A stretch of 64,000 bases of DNA, taken from the NCBI GenBank assembly GCA_963816145.1, contig CAWFJP010000003.1, forward strand, positions 448,001 through 512,000, given 5' to 3'. The position numbers and the translations under genes were made by a program. Every line of letters starts with the position of its first letter. Position 1 is the first letter of the stretch. The DNA comes from an uncultured delta proteobacterium (GTDB lineage Bacteria > Desulfobacterota > Binatia > UBA9968). Under the pieces are notes generated by a model. That model saw nothing but the letters and a program-made list of their open reading frames with translations, did no database searches and was not told the origin of the DNA. This document shows positions 43,672 through 54,329 of the stretch, one piece after another.

Positions 43672-44439
43672 TTAGCTCAGACTCAAGCCGCCGTCGACCA
43701 ACAGAGTCTGCCCGGTGACAAAATCCCCGCCGGTGATCAATCCGAGGATCGCCCCCGCTATATCCTCCGGCGTCGCGATGCGTTGCAGCGGATAGCCCGC
43801 CGACGCTTTGGCAATCACCTGCTGGTAGTCCGCGCCGAAGTGCTGGCTCATCCACGGCGTGTCGGTGAATGCCGGCGCCACGCAGTTGACCCGCACCTTC
43901 GGCGCCATCGCGACGGCTAAACCCTTGGTCATGTAAATCAACGCGGCCTTTGCCGTACCGTAAGCCAAGGAAGAAATCGTTGACGGCGCCAGCACGCCGG
44001 AGATCGACGACACGTTGACGATCATGCCCTGATTCGCTTCGAGCAGCTTTTGCGCGGCGCGGGCGCAGCGAAACGCGCCTTTGACGTTGACGTCGAGTAT
44101 CTCATCCCATATCGGATCGGTGAGCCCTGCGAGATCCGCCAGCTTGACCCAATGGGTCACACCGGCGTTGTTGACGACAACATCGAGACGGCCGAACTTA
44201 TCTTCGATCGTCTGAATCATCCTCCGCACTTGGGCATCGCTCTGAACGTCGGCCTGTAAAGCCAGCGCCTTGACGCCACCGCGCTCGAGATCCAGCGACA
44301 ACGCCTCGGCTTCCTTACTCGATTTCCGATAGTTCACGACAATGCCCGAGACACCAGCCTGCGCCAGCGCGCGCACCACCGCCCCGCCGATCCCACCGGC
44401 GCCGCCGGTCACGAGTGCCACTCTACCGCTTAGTTCCAC
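43672..44439 (-). CDS. SDR family oxidoreductase
   Basis: TGGAGGIG, VNNAG, YGTAKA (YxxxK), RVNCVAP, GQTLLVDGG. Confidence 0.9.
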   Translation of the reverse strand: MELSGRVALVTGGAGGIGGAVVRALAQAGVSGIVVNYRKSSKEAEALSLDLERGGVKALALQADVQSDAQVRRMIQTIEDKFGRLDVVVNNAGVTHWVKLADLAGLTDPIWDEILDVNVKGAFRCARAAQKLLEANQGMIVNVSSISGVLAPSTISSLAYGTAKAALIYMTKGLAVAMAPKVRVNCVAPAFTDTPWMSQHFGADYQQVIAKASAGYPLQRIATPEDIAGAILGLITGGDFVTGQTLLVDGGLSLS

Positions 44440-44516
44440 AAAACCTCTATTGCTAATTTGCGAAAACACCGGGCTGGTTTGGCAATCGCGCGTATGAGAT
44501 AAAACCCGCTGCTGCC

Positions 44517-44597
44517 GTCATGCCGGCGAAAGCCGGCATCCAGGTTCGCATTGCGCATCGGTTCCAAAAGATGGATTCCGGCATACGCCGGAATGAC
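44517..44597. repeat. REP-like doublet
   Basis: gtcatgccggcgaaagccggcatcca ... tggattccggcatacgccggaatgac. Confidence 0.8.
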
Positions 44598-44652
44598 GGA
44601 TACGAAGGCTCGATGTCGAAGCAAGATCACCTCCATTACCATCCGCAATTCT

Positions 44653-46401
44653 CTATCCTCGACCCGAGTGTTTCGCATTCGCCGTTCGCCGCAACTCCGC
44701 CGTCCGCGCCGTATCGACAAACCAATTCCCCGGCAACTTCACCAAGTCATCGACTTTGCCCTTATAGCGAATCGCCACCCCGTAACTCTTCTCAGCCTCA
44801 TTCGCCGTCACGTAACCTTCGATCACATCCCAGAGAACTTTATCCGGGTCGCGTTTGAACGGATCGCCGTAACCGCCGCCGCCAGGCAGATTGATGTGAA
44901 TAACCTCACCCTTGGTTAAATCCTTGAGCGCCTTGGCGTGAAGCTTTTTGCCATCGTCGGTGGTCACTTCCCCAGGCGCGCCGGATCTTCCACCGAGCAG
45001 TCCGGGTGCGGGATACTCGGTGCGATCGGCGATGGAGCTGACGCTCCATTTGCCTTCGCCGCGCCGGGTAAATTCGGTCAACTGTCCGAGCCCGCCGCGC
45101 CAGGTCCCAGGGCCGCCGGAATCGGCGCGCAGTTCGCGCCGCTTGAGCACCACCGGCGACAGGCTTTCGATTACTTCCGCCGGCACGCCGGCGACACCGC
45201 TGGGAAAGCCAACCGCATTCAAGCCGTCTTTCGACGGCCGAGCGCCGGTGCCGCCGACTTGGAAGACGGTTAAAGTAAATGATGGATTCTGGCCGCGCCA
45301 GACACTGAGCCAGATCGGATCCGCGCCCGGCGCCATCAATCGTCCCGGCAGCGCGCCGGACATGGCAGCGAAAATCGCGCTTGGAATGAAATGGCCGATC
45401 ACCTGACGGCTCGCCACCGGCGCGGGATCGAGGGCGTTCAAGATGCTGCCTTCGGGCGCGCTCACATGCACCGGGCGAAAGCTGCCCTCGTTGTGCGGCA
45501 CGTCCGGACAGATCGCGGCTTTGATGGCGAAGCTGGCATAGGCATGAGTGTAGTTGAGCACGACGTTGATGCCGCGGCTGCTCTGCGGTGAGGAGCCGGT
45601 GAAGTCGATGAAGATATCTTCGCCGGCGACTTTCACCGTGCAGCGCACCAGGATCGGCTCTTCAAAACCGTCGCTCCAGGTCTCGCTCGACCATTCGCCG
45701 GCGGGCAATTTGGCGATCTCGGCGCGCACCGCGGTTTCGGAACGGCGGATGATTTCTTCGGCAACCTCATCGATTGAATCGAGTTGGAATTCGTCCATCA
45801 TTTCGAGCAGCGCCCGGCCGCCGGTTTCATTGCACGAGGTCTGGGCGTAAAAGTCACCGATCACTTCGTCGGGCTGGCGCACGTTCGTGCGGACGATTTG
45901 CATGAGAATCTTGTTGGGCTCGCCGCGGTCGAACAGCTTCATGATCGGGATGCGCAACCCCTCTTCGAAGACTTCCCGCGCTTCGGCGGAAAGAATCCGC
46001 CCGCCGATGTCGGCGCTATGGCAGGTGTTGGCGAACAAGGCGATCAGCTTGCCGTTTTTGAAGATCGGCGTGGTGATGGTGATGTCGTTGATCTGCCCAG
46101 CGGTTTGCCACGGATCGTTGGTGATCAAGACATCGCCCGGCGCCAGCCGGTCGGGCGGAAACGCGGCGAGAAAATGTTTCATCGATGTTGCCATAGCGTT
46201 GATATGGCCGGGCGTGCCGCTGATCGATTGCGAGATCATCCGCCCCTTGGTGTCGAACATGCCGCAGGCTAAATCCTGGCTTTCGCGCACAATGGTGCTG
46301 AAGGCGGTGCGGATGAGCGCGTCCTGCTGCTCGTTGGCCACCGATAAGAAGCGGTTCCAGATCACCTCCAAAGTAACCGGATCGATGACTTTATTTTCCA
46401 T
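44653..46401 (-). CDS. Hydantoinase B/oxoprolinase family protein
   Basis: DPVTLEVIW, RTAFSTIVRE, NDP, H.ADIGG, EEGLRIP, DSGGPG.WRGG, PGGGGYGDP. Confidence 0.9.
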   Translation of the reverse strand: MENKVIDPVTLEVIWNRFLSVANEQQDALIRTAFSTIVRESQDLACGMFDTKGRMISQSISGTPGHINAMATSMKHFLAAFPPDRLAPGDVLITNDPWQTAGQINDITITTPIFKNGKLIALFANTCHSADIGGRILSAEAREVFEEGLRIPIMKLFDRGEPNKILMQIVRTNVRQPDEVIGDFYAQTSCNETGGRALLEMMDEFQLDSIDEVAEEIIRRSETAVRAEIAKLPAGEWSSETWSDGFEEPILVRCTVKVAGEDIFIDFTGSSPQSSRGINVVLNYTHAYASFAIKAAICPDVPHNEGSFRPVHVSAPEGSILNALDPAPVASRQVIGHFIPSAIFAAMSGALPGRLMAPGADPIWLSVWRGQNPSFTLTVFQVGGTGARPSKDGLNAVGFPSGVAGVPAEVIESLSPVVLKRRELRADSGGPGTWRGGLGQLTEFTRRGEGKWSVSSIADRTEYPAPGLLGGRSGAPGEVTTDDGKKLHAKALKDLTKGEVIHINLPGGGGYGDPFKRDPDKVLWDVIEGYVTANEAEKSYGVAIRYKGKVDDLVKLPGNWFVDTARTAELRRTANAKHSGRG

Positions 46402-48469
46402 CGCTCAACTCCACAACAACATTGAGCTTATCGTCGACCCGCGCCCGGCCCCGGGCGCCGACGATCAAAGTCGATTCGCGCTCCTCGACGATCGCCGGGC
46501 CATTGAACCGCATACCCGGCTCAAGCGCGTAGCGATCATAAATCGCGGTCTCGACGTAGCCATTGGTCTCAGGAAAGAATGCCAAGCGCGAGCCTTTGCG
46601 CGCGTCACCGCCTTTGGAGGAACCACGCGGCAGCTTCAAACTCATGTCCGGCCGTGGCCCGCTCGCGATTACACGCCAGTTGATTACTTCAAGCGGCACA
46701 TCCGGTCCTTTGCGGCCATAAAGCGATTCGTAGGTGCGCTCGAACTCGGTGCCAATGCGCGTTAGATCGCCGGCAGCGAGCACGCCATCGGGCAGCGCCA
46801 CCGAAACCTCATGACCTTGACCGATATAGCGCAAGTCAGCTGTGCGCTGGTAGCGAATCTCGCTGGAATCTAAACCGGAACTTTCCAAAACCTGACGCCC
46901 TTCTTGAGCCATGCCATCGAGCAAGCGATTGGCCAAGTTCCAATCCAGCTCATCCATCCGGCTATAGGCGCTGCGCACAAAGTCGAAGGCCAGCGGCGCG
47001 CTGAGCAAACCGAATGTCGAACCAACGCCGGCACCGAACGGCGAGATCAAAGCCGGCAAGCGCAAAATCTCGGCGACCCGATAGCCATGCACCGGTCCGG
47101 CCCCGCCGAAGGCGTACATCGGCATGCGCCGGGGGTCTTTGCCCCGCTCGCCGAGATGCGCGCGCGCCGCGTTGGCCATATTCTCATTGACGATCTGATG
47201 GATGCCCCAGGCAACTTGCTCGGCAGACATTTTCAATGGTTTGCCCAATCGTTCGAGAGCCTGTTTCGTGCGCTCCATATCGAGCTTCATCCTGCCGCCG
47301 AGAAAATAATTCGCATCGAGATAACCAAGCATCAGATCAGCGTCGGTCACCGTAGGCTGAGTGCCGCCCTGGTCATAGCACACTGGACCGGGATCGGCGC
47401 CCGAACTGTCCGGACCGACCTTCAGCAATCCGAGAGAATCGACCCGGGCGATGCTGCCGCCGCCGGCGCCGATCTCGATCATGTCGATCACCGGAATGCG
47501 CACCGGCAAACCGCTGCCCTTGCGGAAGCGATAGACACGGTCGACTTCGAATTCGTGGGTCTTGAGCGGCTGGCCATCGTCGATGACGCACAGCTTGGCG
47601 GTCGTGCCGCCCATGTCGAAGGAGAGTAAATCGCGATGGCCCGACCGCAAGCCCGCTTCCGCCGCCGCGATGGCACCGGCAGCGGGACCCGATTCAAGCA
47701 GGCGAACGGGAAATCGTGAGGCGGTTTCGCGCGTGGCGATACCGCCGCTCGACAGCATGACGAAAAAGCTGCCGTGAAATCCGACCTTGTCCAAGCGCGC
47801 TTGTAACTGGGCTAAATAATCGGCCACCCGCTCCTGGACGTAAACGTTCGCCAGCGTAGTGCTGGTGCGTTGAAATTCACGAATCTCGGCCACCACTTCG
47901 GAGCTCAGCGACACGCGAATACCCGGCGCGACCTCGGCGATGATTTCGGCGCTGCGCTTTTCATGAGCCGGATTACGAAAACTGTTGAGATAACAAATGC
48001 CGATAGCCTTGATGCCCTTGTCGCGCAGCTCGCCGACCAGCTTGCGCACATACGCTTCGTCCAACTTTTCCAGGACGCTGCCATCGGCGGCCAAGCGCTC
48101 GGGCACATCGAAGCGCAAATGGCGCGGCACCAAAGGTTTGGGCAGATCTAAATTGAGATCGTAAAGCTCGTAGCGATGTTCCCGGCCGATCTCGACGGCA
48201 TCGCGAAACCCGGCGGTCGTCAGGAGCGCAGTCAAAGCGCCTTTGCGCTCGATCAATGCGTTGGTCACCAGTGTCGTGCCATGAATCAGCGTGCCGCGCG
48301 CGCGGGTATCCACCGAGCCGTTTTCCAACACCGGCCGCAGCGCGTTCTCCACCGCAAGGCTGGGATCCCCCGGTGTGGTCAAAGTCTTAGCAATGACGGC
48401 GCGGCCGTCGTCGCCGACCAACAGCATATCGGTAAAGGTGCCGCCGATATCGATGCCTACGCAAAACAT
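46391..48469 (-). CDS. Hydantoinase A/oxoprolinase family protein
   Basis: GIDIGGTFTD, HGTTLVTN, ESGPAAG, DMGGTT, IGAGGGS, FGGAGP. Confidence 0.9.
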   Translation of the reverse strand: MFCVGIDIGGTFTDMLLVGDDGRAVIAKTLTTPGDPSLAVENALRPVLENGSVDTRARGTLIHGTTLVTNALIERKGALTALLTTAGFRDAVEIGREHRYELYDLNLDLPKPLVPRHLRFDVPERLAADGSVLEKLDEAYVRKLVGELRDKGIKAIGICYLNSFRNPAHEKRSAEIIAEVAPGIRVSLSSEVVAEIREFQRTSTTLANVYVQERVADYLAQLQARLDKVGFHGSFFVMLSSGGIATRETASRFPVRLLESGPAAGAIAAAEAGLRSGHRDLLSFDMGGTTAKLCVIDDGQPLKTHEFEVDRVYRFRKGSGLPVRIPVIDMIEIGAGGGSIARVDSLGLLKVGPDSSGADPGPVCYDQGGTQPTVTDADLMLGYLDANYFLGGRMKLDMERTKQALERLGKPLKMSAEQVAWGIHQIVNENMANAARAHLGERGKDPRRMPMYAFGGAGPVHGYRVAEILRLPALISPFGAGVGSTFGLLSAPLAFDFVRSAYSRMDELDWNLANRLLDGMAQEGRQVLESSGLDSSEIRYQRTADLRYIGQGHEVSVALPDGVLAAGDLTRIGTEFERTYESLYGRKGPDVPLEVINWRVIASGPRPDMSLKLPRGSSKGGDARKGSRLAFFPETNGYVETAIYDRYALEPGMRFNGPAIVEERESTLIVGARGRARVDDKLNVVVELSDGK

Positions 48470-48478
48470 AAGAATTGG

Positions 48479-48560
48479 GTTCAACAGGTCAAACATTCAA
48501 GGTTCACGCCCACGGGATTCTTGTCCGGCCTTGAACTTTTGAAGCCTTGAACCTTGAACG
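48479..48560. repeat. Inverted GTTCAA/TTGAAC tandem-repeat pair
   Basis: gttcaacaggtcaaacattcaaggttca ... ccttgaacttttgaagccttgaaccttgaac. Confidence 0.62.
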
Positions 48561-48564
48561 GATA

Positions 48565-49584
48565 TTATTGGGCGAACAAATCCAGCAAAGGTTGCGTCTG
48601 ATGCGCCGCGGCCGGCCGAAGTAGCGGCACCTGTACCCCCGCGTCACGGTACTGCTGCACCCGCTTCTTGACTTCATCGGGCGTGCCGCTGGCGGTCATG
48701 CCCTCGACGTAGGAGTCGGGGATCGCTTTGATCAATCCTTCCATGCCGCCTTGAGCATGGGCTTTTTCAAATAGCGGAATATCTTCCTTGTGGATGTACG
48801 GCTCGCCGACGCGCATCTTCGGTCCGGCGATGAATGAGATTTGCACCGGGTCGAGCTTGGTCGCCACTTCCCAGCGCACCGCGTCGAGAGCTTTCTTGTG
48901 GTTGTCTTCGATGGAACAGTTGATGATTTGCGCGACGAAGAATTTGGAGAAGTCGCGCCCGGCCTGCTGCGCCGACTCCTTGATGATTCGCAAGGCGTTA
49001 ACGGTGTACTCCGGCGAGCAGACGGCGTTGAGTATCACGCCATCGCCGACGGCGCCGGCAAGTTTCAAGCCCACGGTGGCCGTCGCCGGGACGTAGAATG
49101 GAATATGCGAGCGCACCGGTTTCCAGCCCAAACCGACATTGTCAAAGTTCACGAACTTGCCGTGATAGGAAACCTTCTCGCCGGAAAACAACAAACGCAT
49201 GGACTCGATATACTCGCGCAACACTTCGCTCGGCGTGGCGCCGACGTCCTGCGGCAGCGCGTGCACCCGGGCGTGGCTCTTGGTGCAAGCTCCCGGCGCC
49301 GCCGTTATGCGCCCGCCGCTGAGTTCGTCCAAGGTCGCCAGCGATTGCGCCATCACCACCGGCCCGCGCAAGCGCACGATTTGGGTCGTCCCCATGATCA
49401 TGTTCTTGGTCGCCAAACTGATCGCCGTCAACGAACTCACCGAGTCGCGCATGAGCTCGATGGTCTCGGAGAAAAACGCCATCTCGAAGCCGCGCTCCTC
49501 GGCCTGCTTCATCACATCGGCCATCTCGCGCACGTTGGTAAACTTGCCGTAACCCAATGCGTAGCCCACTCGTGCTTTTGCCAT
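48565..49584 (-). CDS. LLM-class (luciferase-like) flavin- or F420-dependent oxidoreductase
   Basis: AEERGF, PVVMAQSLATLDELSGGR, LAGAVGDG, GTPDEV..R..YRDAGV. Confidence 0.82.
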   Translation of the reverse strand: MAKARVGYALGYGKFTNVREMADVMKQAEERGFEMAFFSETIELMRDSVSSLTAISLATKNMIMGTTQIVRLRGPVVMAQSLATLDELSGGRITAAPGACTKSHARVHALPQDVGATPSEVLREYIESMRLLFSGEKVSYHGKFVNFDNVGLGWKPVRSHIPFYVPATATVGLKLAGAVGDGVILNAVCSPEYTVNALRIIKESAQQAGRDFSKFFVAQIINCSIEDNHKKALDAVRWEVATKLDPVQISFIAGPKMRVGEPYIHKEDIPLFEKAHAQGGMEGLIKAIPDSYVEGMTASGTPDEVKKRVQQYRDAGVQVPLLRPAAAHQTQPLLDLFAQ

Positions 49585-49736
49585 GTACACTCACTCCTTG
49601 ATTGAACGGTTCGAATTGGCTGATACAGCCGTGAACACTAGACTTATTCCTACGCAAAGGTACCTGGCGAGTCAATCGCACGGGGCGTGATTACGGTCTA
49701 GGAGCTGGCAGACGAATTCACGGATCAGAAGATGAA

Positions 49737-50720
49737 TTATCTCTTTGGCAAGTCCTTTAACGCCTCGGCGAGATAACTCTGATCGACATACTTGGCCACG
49801 CTGGTCAGCTGGCCCTTAGCATTGATCTGGTCCATGTAGATGCGGATCGCGTATTCGGTTCCTTTGATGCTCAAGTCTCCGTCGGGGTGCCAGATTTGCT
49901 GCTGCGTGTAATACTCCCAACCGCGGCGGGCGTAAGCCGGTTTCAACTGCATTTCGTGGGCGAGGAAATCAATCGCGGCCTCCTTGTTGTCGTACATCCA
50001 CCGGTGCGTCAACGCGATCGCCTTCATGAACCGCACCGCGAGCGAACGATTCTTCTCGGCCCAAGAACGTTTCACCGCCAATGCGCTCAATTCGAATTCC
50101 GGCACCGCGTCGATCAACCGTCCGACGATATTCAAGCCGCTCTCCTCGGCGATATAATTGAGCGGGATGGCCACTGTGGTGGCGGCGATCTGGCCGGACT
50201 GCAGCGCGGCTAAATTAGCCGACGAGCCGCCGGCCAAGACAAGAATTTTATAATCGCGCGGATACTCGAGCCCCTTGGCTTTGAGTGCCGCCTTCATCGC
50301 CGTTACGGTGCCGCTCGTCAACGACGACGCGCCGAACGTCGCACCGCGCAGTTCTTCGATGGATTTGTATTTCTTGCCGGCGACGATGTCGTGGGTAAGT
50401 CCGTTGATGATACCGCCGATCATCACCAGATCGAGACCGCGCTCGGTGGCCTCGTAAAACGCCTCGGCGCCGCCCGAGCCGACATGCAGCGAGTTGGCTG
50501 CCAAGGCCTGAACGTTCATCGGCGTGCCGCGCAGCAAAACCAGCTGGCCGTCCAACCCTTGCTGCTCCAGAAATCCCTTCTTGACCGCAACCCAAAGAGG
50601 CCCGTAACCGAGAGTCTTGCTCGACGCGCCGAAATAGATCTTGGGTTTGTCCTGGGCTTGCCCGAGACCAATATCCGAGACTAAAAGTGCAAGCAAAGCG
50701 ATCAGAGAGCGGATAGCCAT
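49737..50720 (-). CDS. ABC substrate-binding protein, SsuA/NMT1-like
   Basis: PLWVAVKKGFLEQQGL, signal peptide, GGAGG RBS. Confidence 0.83.
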   Translation of the reverse strand: MAIRSLIALLALLVSDIGLGQAQDKPKIYFGASSKTLGYGPLWVAVKKGFLEQQGLDGQLVLLRGTPMNVQALAANSLHVGSGGAEAFYEATERGLDLVMIGGIINGLTHDIVAGKKYKSIEELRGATFGASSLTSGTVTAMKAALKAKGLEYPRDYKILVLAGGSSANLAALQSGQIAATTVAIPLNYIAEESGLNIVGRLIDAVPEFELSALAVKRSWAEKNRSLAVRFMKAIALTHRWMYDNKEAAIDFLAHEMQLKPAYARRGWEYYTQQQIWHPDGDLSIKGTEYAIRIYMDQINAKGQLTSVAKYVDQSYLAEALKDLPKR

Positions 50721-50872
50721 GCAACGCCTCCTTGGTCTCGGCCAGTTCCTTGTACGATTATTTGCCATCCCCACGCCGCCACCTGGGCGTCTGCCATACG
50801 CCCCTACACACGGATTCGTATTTTTTGTGTTCTATGTGCTCTTTGTGGACGCTTCCGACGCCGAGTCCAGCC

Positions 50873-51976
50873 TTACGGATGCACGCTCTCCAAAAACCAA
50901 TCCGTCGGCAGCTCCCGGCCTATGCCTTTGGCGACGGCTTCGCTGTAAACCGCGGCGCCGACCGCGGCGAATTGCAAACCGATGCCGATGTTGTTGAGAA
51001 AGCATGTCGACTCCTGAGCATTGGCGCGCCCCTGGGCTTTGCCCGTGACAAGATCTTTTAAATCCGGCGCCGACAACCAGAACGGATGCTCGACATTGAG
51101 TTCATGGGCATGGGCCGGTCCCAATTTGATTATGTCGATGGCGTCATGGGCATGAATGCCTTCTTCGCCGTAGCCGGCTATGTAATTCGCCGGCGCATGC
51201 TGGTGCGCATGAATCACCAAGCGGTCGACTTTGCGTATCGTATCGTCGCCCAACTCCGGCACGCGCACGCAGGTCAAATGCAGTCCGGGCTTGACCCAAT
51301 CAGCGCTAACCACGCGGGAAAGCGAATTGGTCGTCGCGGCGATAATATCGGCATCACGGATCGCCTCTTCCGGCGAATCCACCGCGCGCAGTTCGGCGCC
51401 CACTTTCGGCTGTAATTCTTTGACGAAGGTTTCGCGGTTGGCCTTGGTCGGGCTATAAACATTGATGCGCTTGAGCGGTCGCACCGCGCACATCGCCGGG
51501 ACATGGCTGCCGGCCTGCCAGCCGGAGCCGAACAGCGCCATGGTGCTGGCGTCTTCGCGCGCTAAGTAACGCGCCGCCAATGCACTGCTCGAAGCCACGC
51601 GCATGCGCTGGACGACGCCGTCAGGGAACATCGCCAGGGGTTCGCCGGTGACTGTAGAGAACAACATCACCAGGCCCACGTACTTGTCACCCGGCGCGGC
51701 GCGAAGTTTGGTTTTGATGGTTCGGTTGCCCTGTTGGGTCCAACGAATGATGTCGGAGTTGATGCGCATGGCGACAATCGGTGGATCGTACAGTCCGGCT
51801 TCCATCGATTTGAAAGCATAAACCCCGGCCTCGGTCGGCGACGGCATAACCAGATCGGTGCGCGGCCGGTTGATCGCCGTGCCCTTGTTCCAACTGGCGT
51901 AGGCTTTCTCCAGCGCGTCGATGCAAGTTTTGATAGAGAGGAACGACTCGATTTCTTCATTGCTGAGTATAATCAT
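50873..51976 (-). CDS. Ornithine cyclodeaminase/mu-crystallin family protein
   Basis: TGEPLA, RMRVASSSALAA.YLAR, FGSGWQA, IIAATT, GIGLQF. Confidence 0.87.
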   Translation of the reverse strand: MIILSNEEIESFLSIKTCIDALEKAYASWNKGTAINRPRTDLVMPSPTEAGVYAFKSMEAGLYDPPIVAMRINSDIIRWTQQGNRTIKTKLRAAPGDKYVGLVMLFSTVTGEPLAMFPDGVVQRMRVASSSALAARYLAREDASTMALFGSGWQAGSHVPAMCAVRPLKRINVYSPTKANRETFVKELQPKVGAELRAVDSPEEAIRDADIIAATTNSLSRVVSADWVKPGLHLTCVRVPELGDDTIRKVDRLVIHAHQHAPANYIAGYGEEGIHAHDAIDIIKLGPAHAHELNVEHPFWLSAPDLKDLVTGKAQGRANAQESTCFLNNIGIGLQFAAVGAAVYSEAVAKGIGRELPTDWFLESVHP

Positions 51977-52073
51977 GGAGCTGAAATATCAGCGCGGTCA
52001 GCTATCGTCAAGACAGTGATCATTGACTAAGGACACTGAACTCGATTAGCCTCGCGACCAGGAGAGACTAATT

Positions 52074-52931
52074 ATGAAAACCATCGCATTGCTTCATCCA
52101 GGCAATATGGGCACAACCATCGGCGCTTGCGCCGCGACCAGCGGCGCCCGGGTGCTCTGGGCATCGGCACTGCGAAGCGCCGCATCGCGCAAGCGCGCCG
52201 AGCAGGCCGGACTGATCGATGCCGGCGACCTAGCCGCCGCCGTCCGTCAAAGCGATATTGTTCTGTCGGTCTGTCCGCCGGAGTTCGCCACGGAAGTCGC
52301 CGTGAACGTCGCCGCGCAACAATTTGAAGGGATTTATGTGGACGCTAACGCCGTGTCGCGCGCGACCGCTGAGGAGATCGGCAAGATCGTTACGAAAGCC
52401 GGCGCCAGCTTCGTCGACGGCGGCATTATCGGCTCACCGGTCAAGAAAGCCGGCACGACCAGAATGTATCTCTCGGGAGAGAAAGCCGCGGAGATCGCTC
52501 AAGTATTTTCCGCCAGTATGTTGGATGCGCGCAGCATCGGCGCCATCGCCGGCGCAGCATCGGCTTTGAAAGTCGTCTATGCCGCTTGGACCAAGGGCAC
52601 GGACGCGTTAATCCTCGCCATTCGCGCGCTCGCCACCCACGAAGGCGTGGACAACGCATTGCTGGAAGAATGGAAGATCTCTCAACCGGCGCTGGAAAAC
52701 AAATGCCTGCGCGCCGCCGCCGTCGCCGCGCCCAAAATGTGGCGTTACGTCGGCGAAATGAGAGAAATTGCCGAGGCGTTCCAAGCCGCCGGCTTGCCGA
52801 GCGGATTTCACAACGCGGCAGCGGAGGTGAGCGAGCGGCTCGCCTACTTCAAGGATCAAACCGAGCCGCCTCTGTCAGTAGCAACGGTACTTGAAAAGCT
52901 GTTGTCAACTGGAACGCAATCCCCGCATTGA
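52074..52931 (+). CDS. NAD(P)-dependent oxidoreductase (6-phosphogluconate dehydrogenase-like N-domain plus DUF1932-like C-domain)
   Basis: LLHPGNMG, YVDANAVS, FVDGGIIG, ASALKVVYA..TKG, WRYVGEM.EIA. Confidence 0.8.
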   Translation: MKTIALLHPGNMGTTIGACAATSGARVLWASALRSAASRKRAEQAGLIDAGDLAAAVRQSDIVLSVCPPEFATEVAVNVAAQQFEGIYVDANAVSRATAEEIGKIVTKAGASFVDGGIIGSPVKKAGTTRMYLSGEKAAEIAQVFSASMLDARSIGAIAGAASALKVVYAAWTKGTDALILAIRALATHEGVDNALLEEWKISQPALENKCLRAAAVAAPKMWRYVGEMREIAEAFQAAGLPSGFHNAAAEVSERLAYFKDQTEPPLSVATVLEKLLSTGTQSPH

Positions 52932-53040
52932 CCAGTTTTGCCGCCATCGCTGCCTGAATTGACGAGGTCCTTCGCTTGCGCTGATCTAAGCAACCACGGC
53001 GATTGCCGAGACTGCGTCGGCAAGTTAATTCTTTGATCAA

Positions 53041-54144
53041 TTATTTGAAGAACATCTTGTCGAACAGCTCGACCCACTTTTCTTCCTTGTCGTAGAGTAG
53101 CTCCGGTGCGATGAAGTTGAACTTGGAGAACTTGCCGCCGCCGGCTTTTAGATCGGCAACTTTCGCCGGCACATCGGGATGGGCCGGCAGATAGTCGGCT
53201 TCCTGCAGAATCTTCTGACCGTCCTTCGACAGCAGAAAATCGATGAACAGCATGCTCGCATGCGGGTGCGGCGCATTTTTTGCCAGGCCGAGGGTCTTTA
53301 CCAGCGCCGGCACCGGTTCGATGGCCTGCCAGTCTACCGGCGCGCCGGCGGCGCGACTGATCACCGCATGGTAGTTGAACATGTTGATGCCGATGGCGTA
53401 TTCGCCGGCAACCACCATGTCCATGACCGCCCGGGCGCTGGCGGTGCTCTTGGCGACGTTCTGCGCTGTCAGCTGCTTCAGATAAGCCATGCCCTTCTGC
53501 TCGCCCAGCGTGATCAGCGTGTTGCCGAGAAACACCGGCGCGCCGGAGCCGCCGCTGGTGTTCCAAACCATTTTGCCTTTCCATTTGGGATTGAGCAGAT
53601 CGCTTAGCGACTTCGGCACTTCATTGGCAGCGACCAGCTTGGTGTTGTAGCCCAGCGTCATGAAATACAGGTTGGGCACCGCCCAGTAGCCCTGGGGCTC
53701 TTTGAGCCGGGCCGGATAGTCACGCAACTGGGGCGTCGAGAAACGTTGAATGTAACCGGCCTTCTTCAACATGACGATGGTCGAAGTGCCGTCGAGGACG
53801 TCGACGTCGTAACGCTTGGCCTGATACTCGGCCAGCATGCGCTGCGCCAAGGCCTCGGAATCGGCGCGATGATATTCGACCTGAACGTAAGGATATTTTT
53901 TCTCGAAGGCCTGCTTGATCGGCTTGAGCGCTTGGTTGACGATCAAGGTGGTATACCACAGGAGCTTGCCTTCCTTTTTGGCACCCTCTTCAAGCAGCGA
54001 TTGGCGGTTGACCGATGTCGTCAGCGCGACTTCCTCCACGGTGGCGCCTGCGGTCGCATTCGGTATGACAAGCCCTAACAGAGCGATAGTTAGCCCAAGC
54101 CGCAGCGACTGACGGTACACGCAATCCCATGACGTTTTCTTCAC
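53041..54144 (-). CDS. Extracellular solute-binding protein (Fe3+/thiamine-type ABC SBP)
   Basis: AKKEGKL.WYT, FEKKYP, YNTKLV..P.S..DLL.PKWKG, APHPHA..FIDFLLS. Confidence 0.85.
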   Translation of the reverse strand: MKKTSWDCVYRQSLRLGLTIALLGLVIPNATAGATVEEVALTTSVNRQSLLEEGAKKEGKLLWYTTLIVNQALKPIKQAFEKKYPYVQVEYHRADSEALAQRMLAEYQAKRYDVDVLDGTSTIVMLKKAGYIQRFSTPQLRDYPARLKEPQGYWAVPNLYFMTLGYNTKLVAANEVPKSLSDLLNPKWKGKMVWNTSGGSGAPVFLGNTLITLGEQKGMAYLKQLTAQNVAKSTASARAVMDMVVAGEYAIGINMFNYHAVISRAAGAPVDWQAIEPVPALVKTLGLAKNAPHPHASMLFIDFLLSKDGQKILQEADYLPAHPDVPAKVADLKAGGGKFSKFNFIAPELLYDKEEKWVELFDKMFFK

Positions 54145-54329
54145 TAACGCCTCCCGAAATCTCACCGCTTGATCCAATCGCGCCATATATAACGCCGCCT
54201 GGCTCAGAAAGAAACAAAACACTCAAATCGCACCCTGCCGTGCGTCTTTGTCATTCCTTTTGACATCGCCCGGCCGTTCTTATAGGTAACCGTCTAGCAC
54301 CTGGTGGAGGGGGACATCTCGACGACGAG

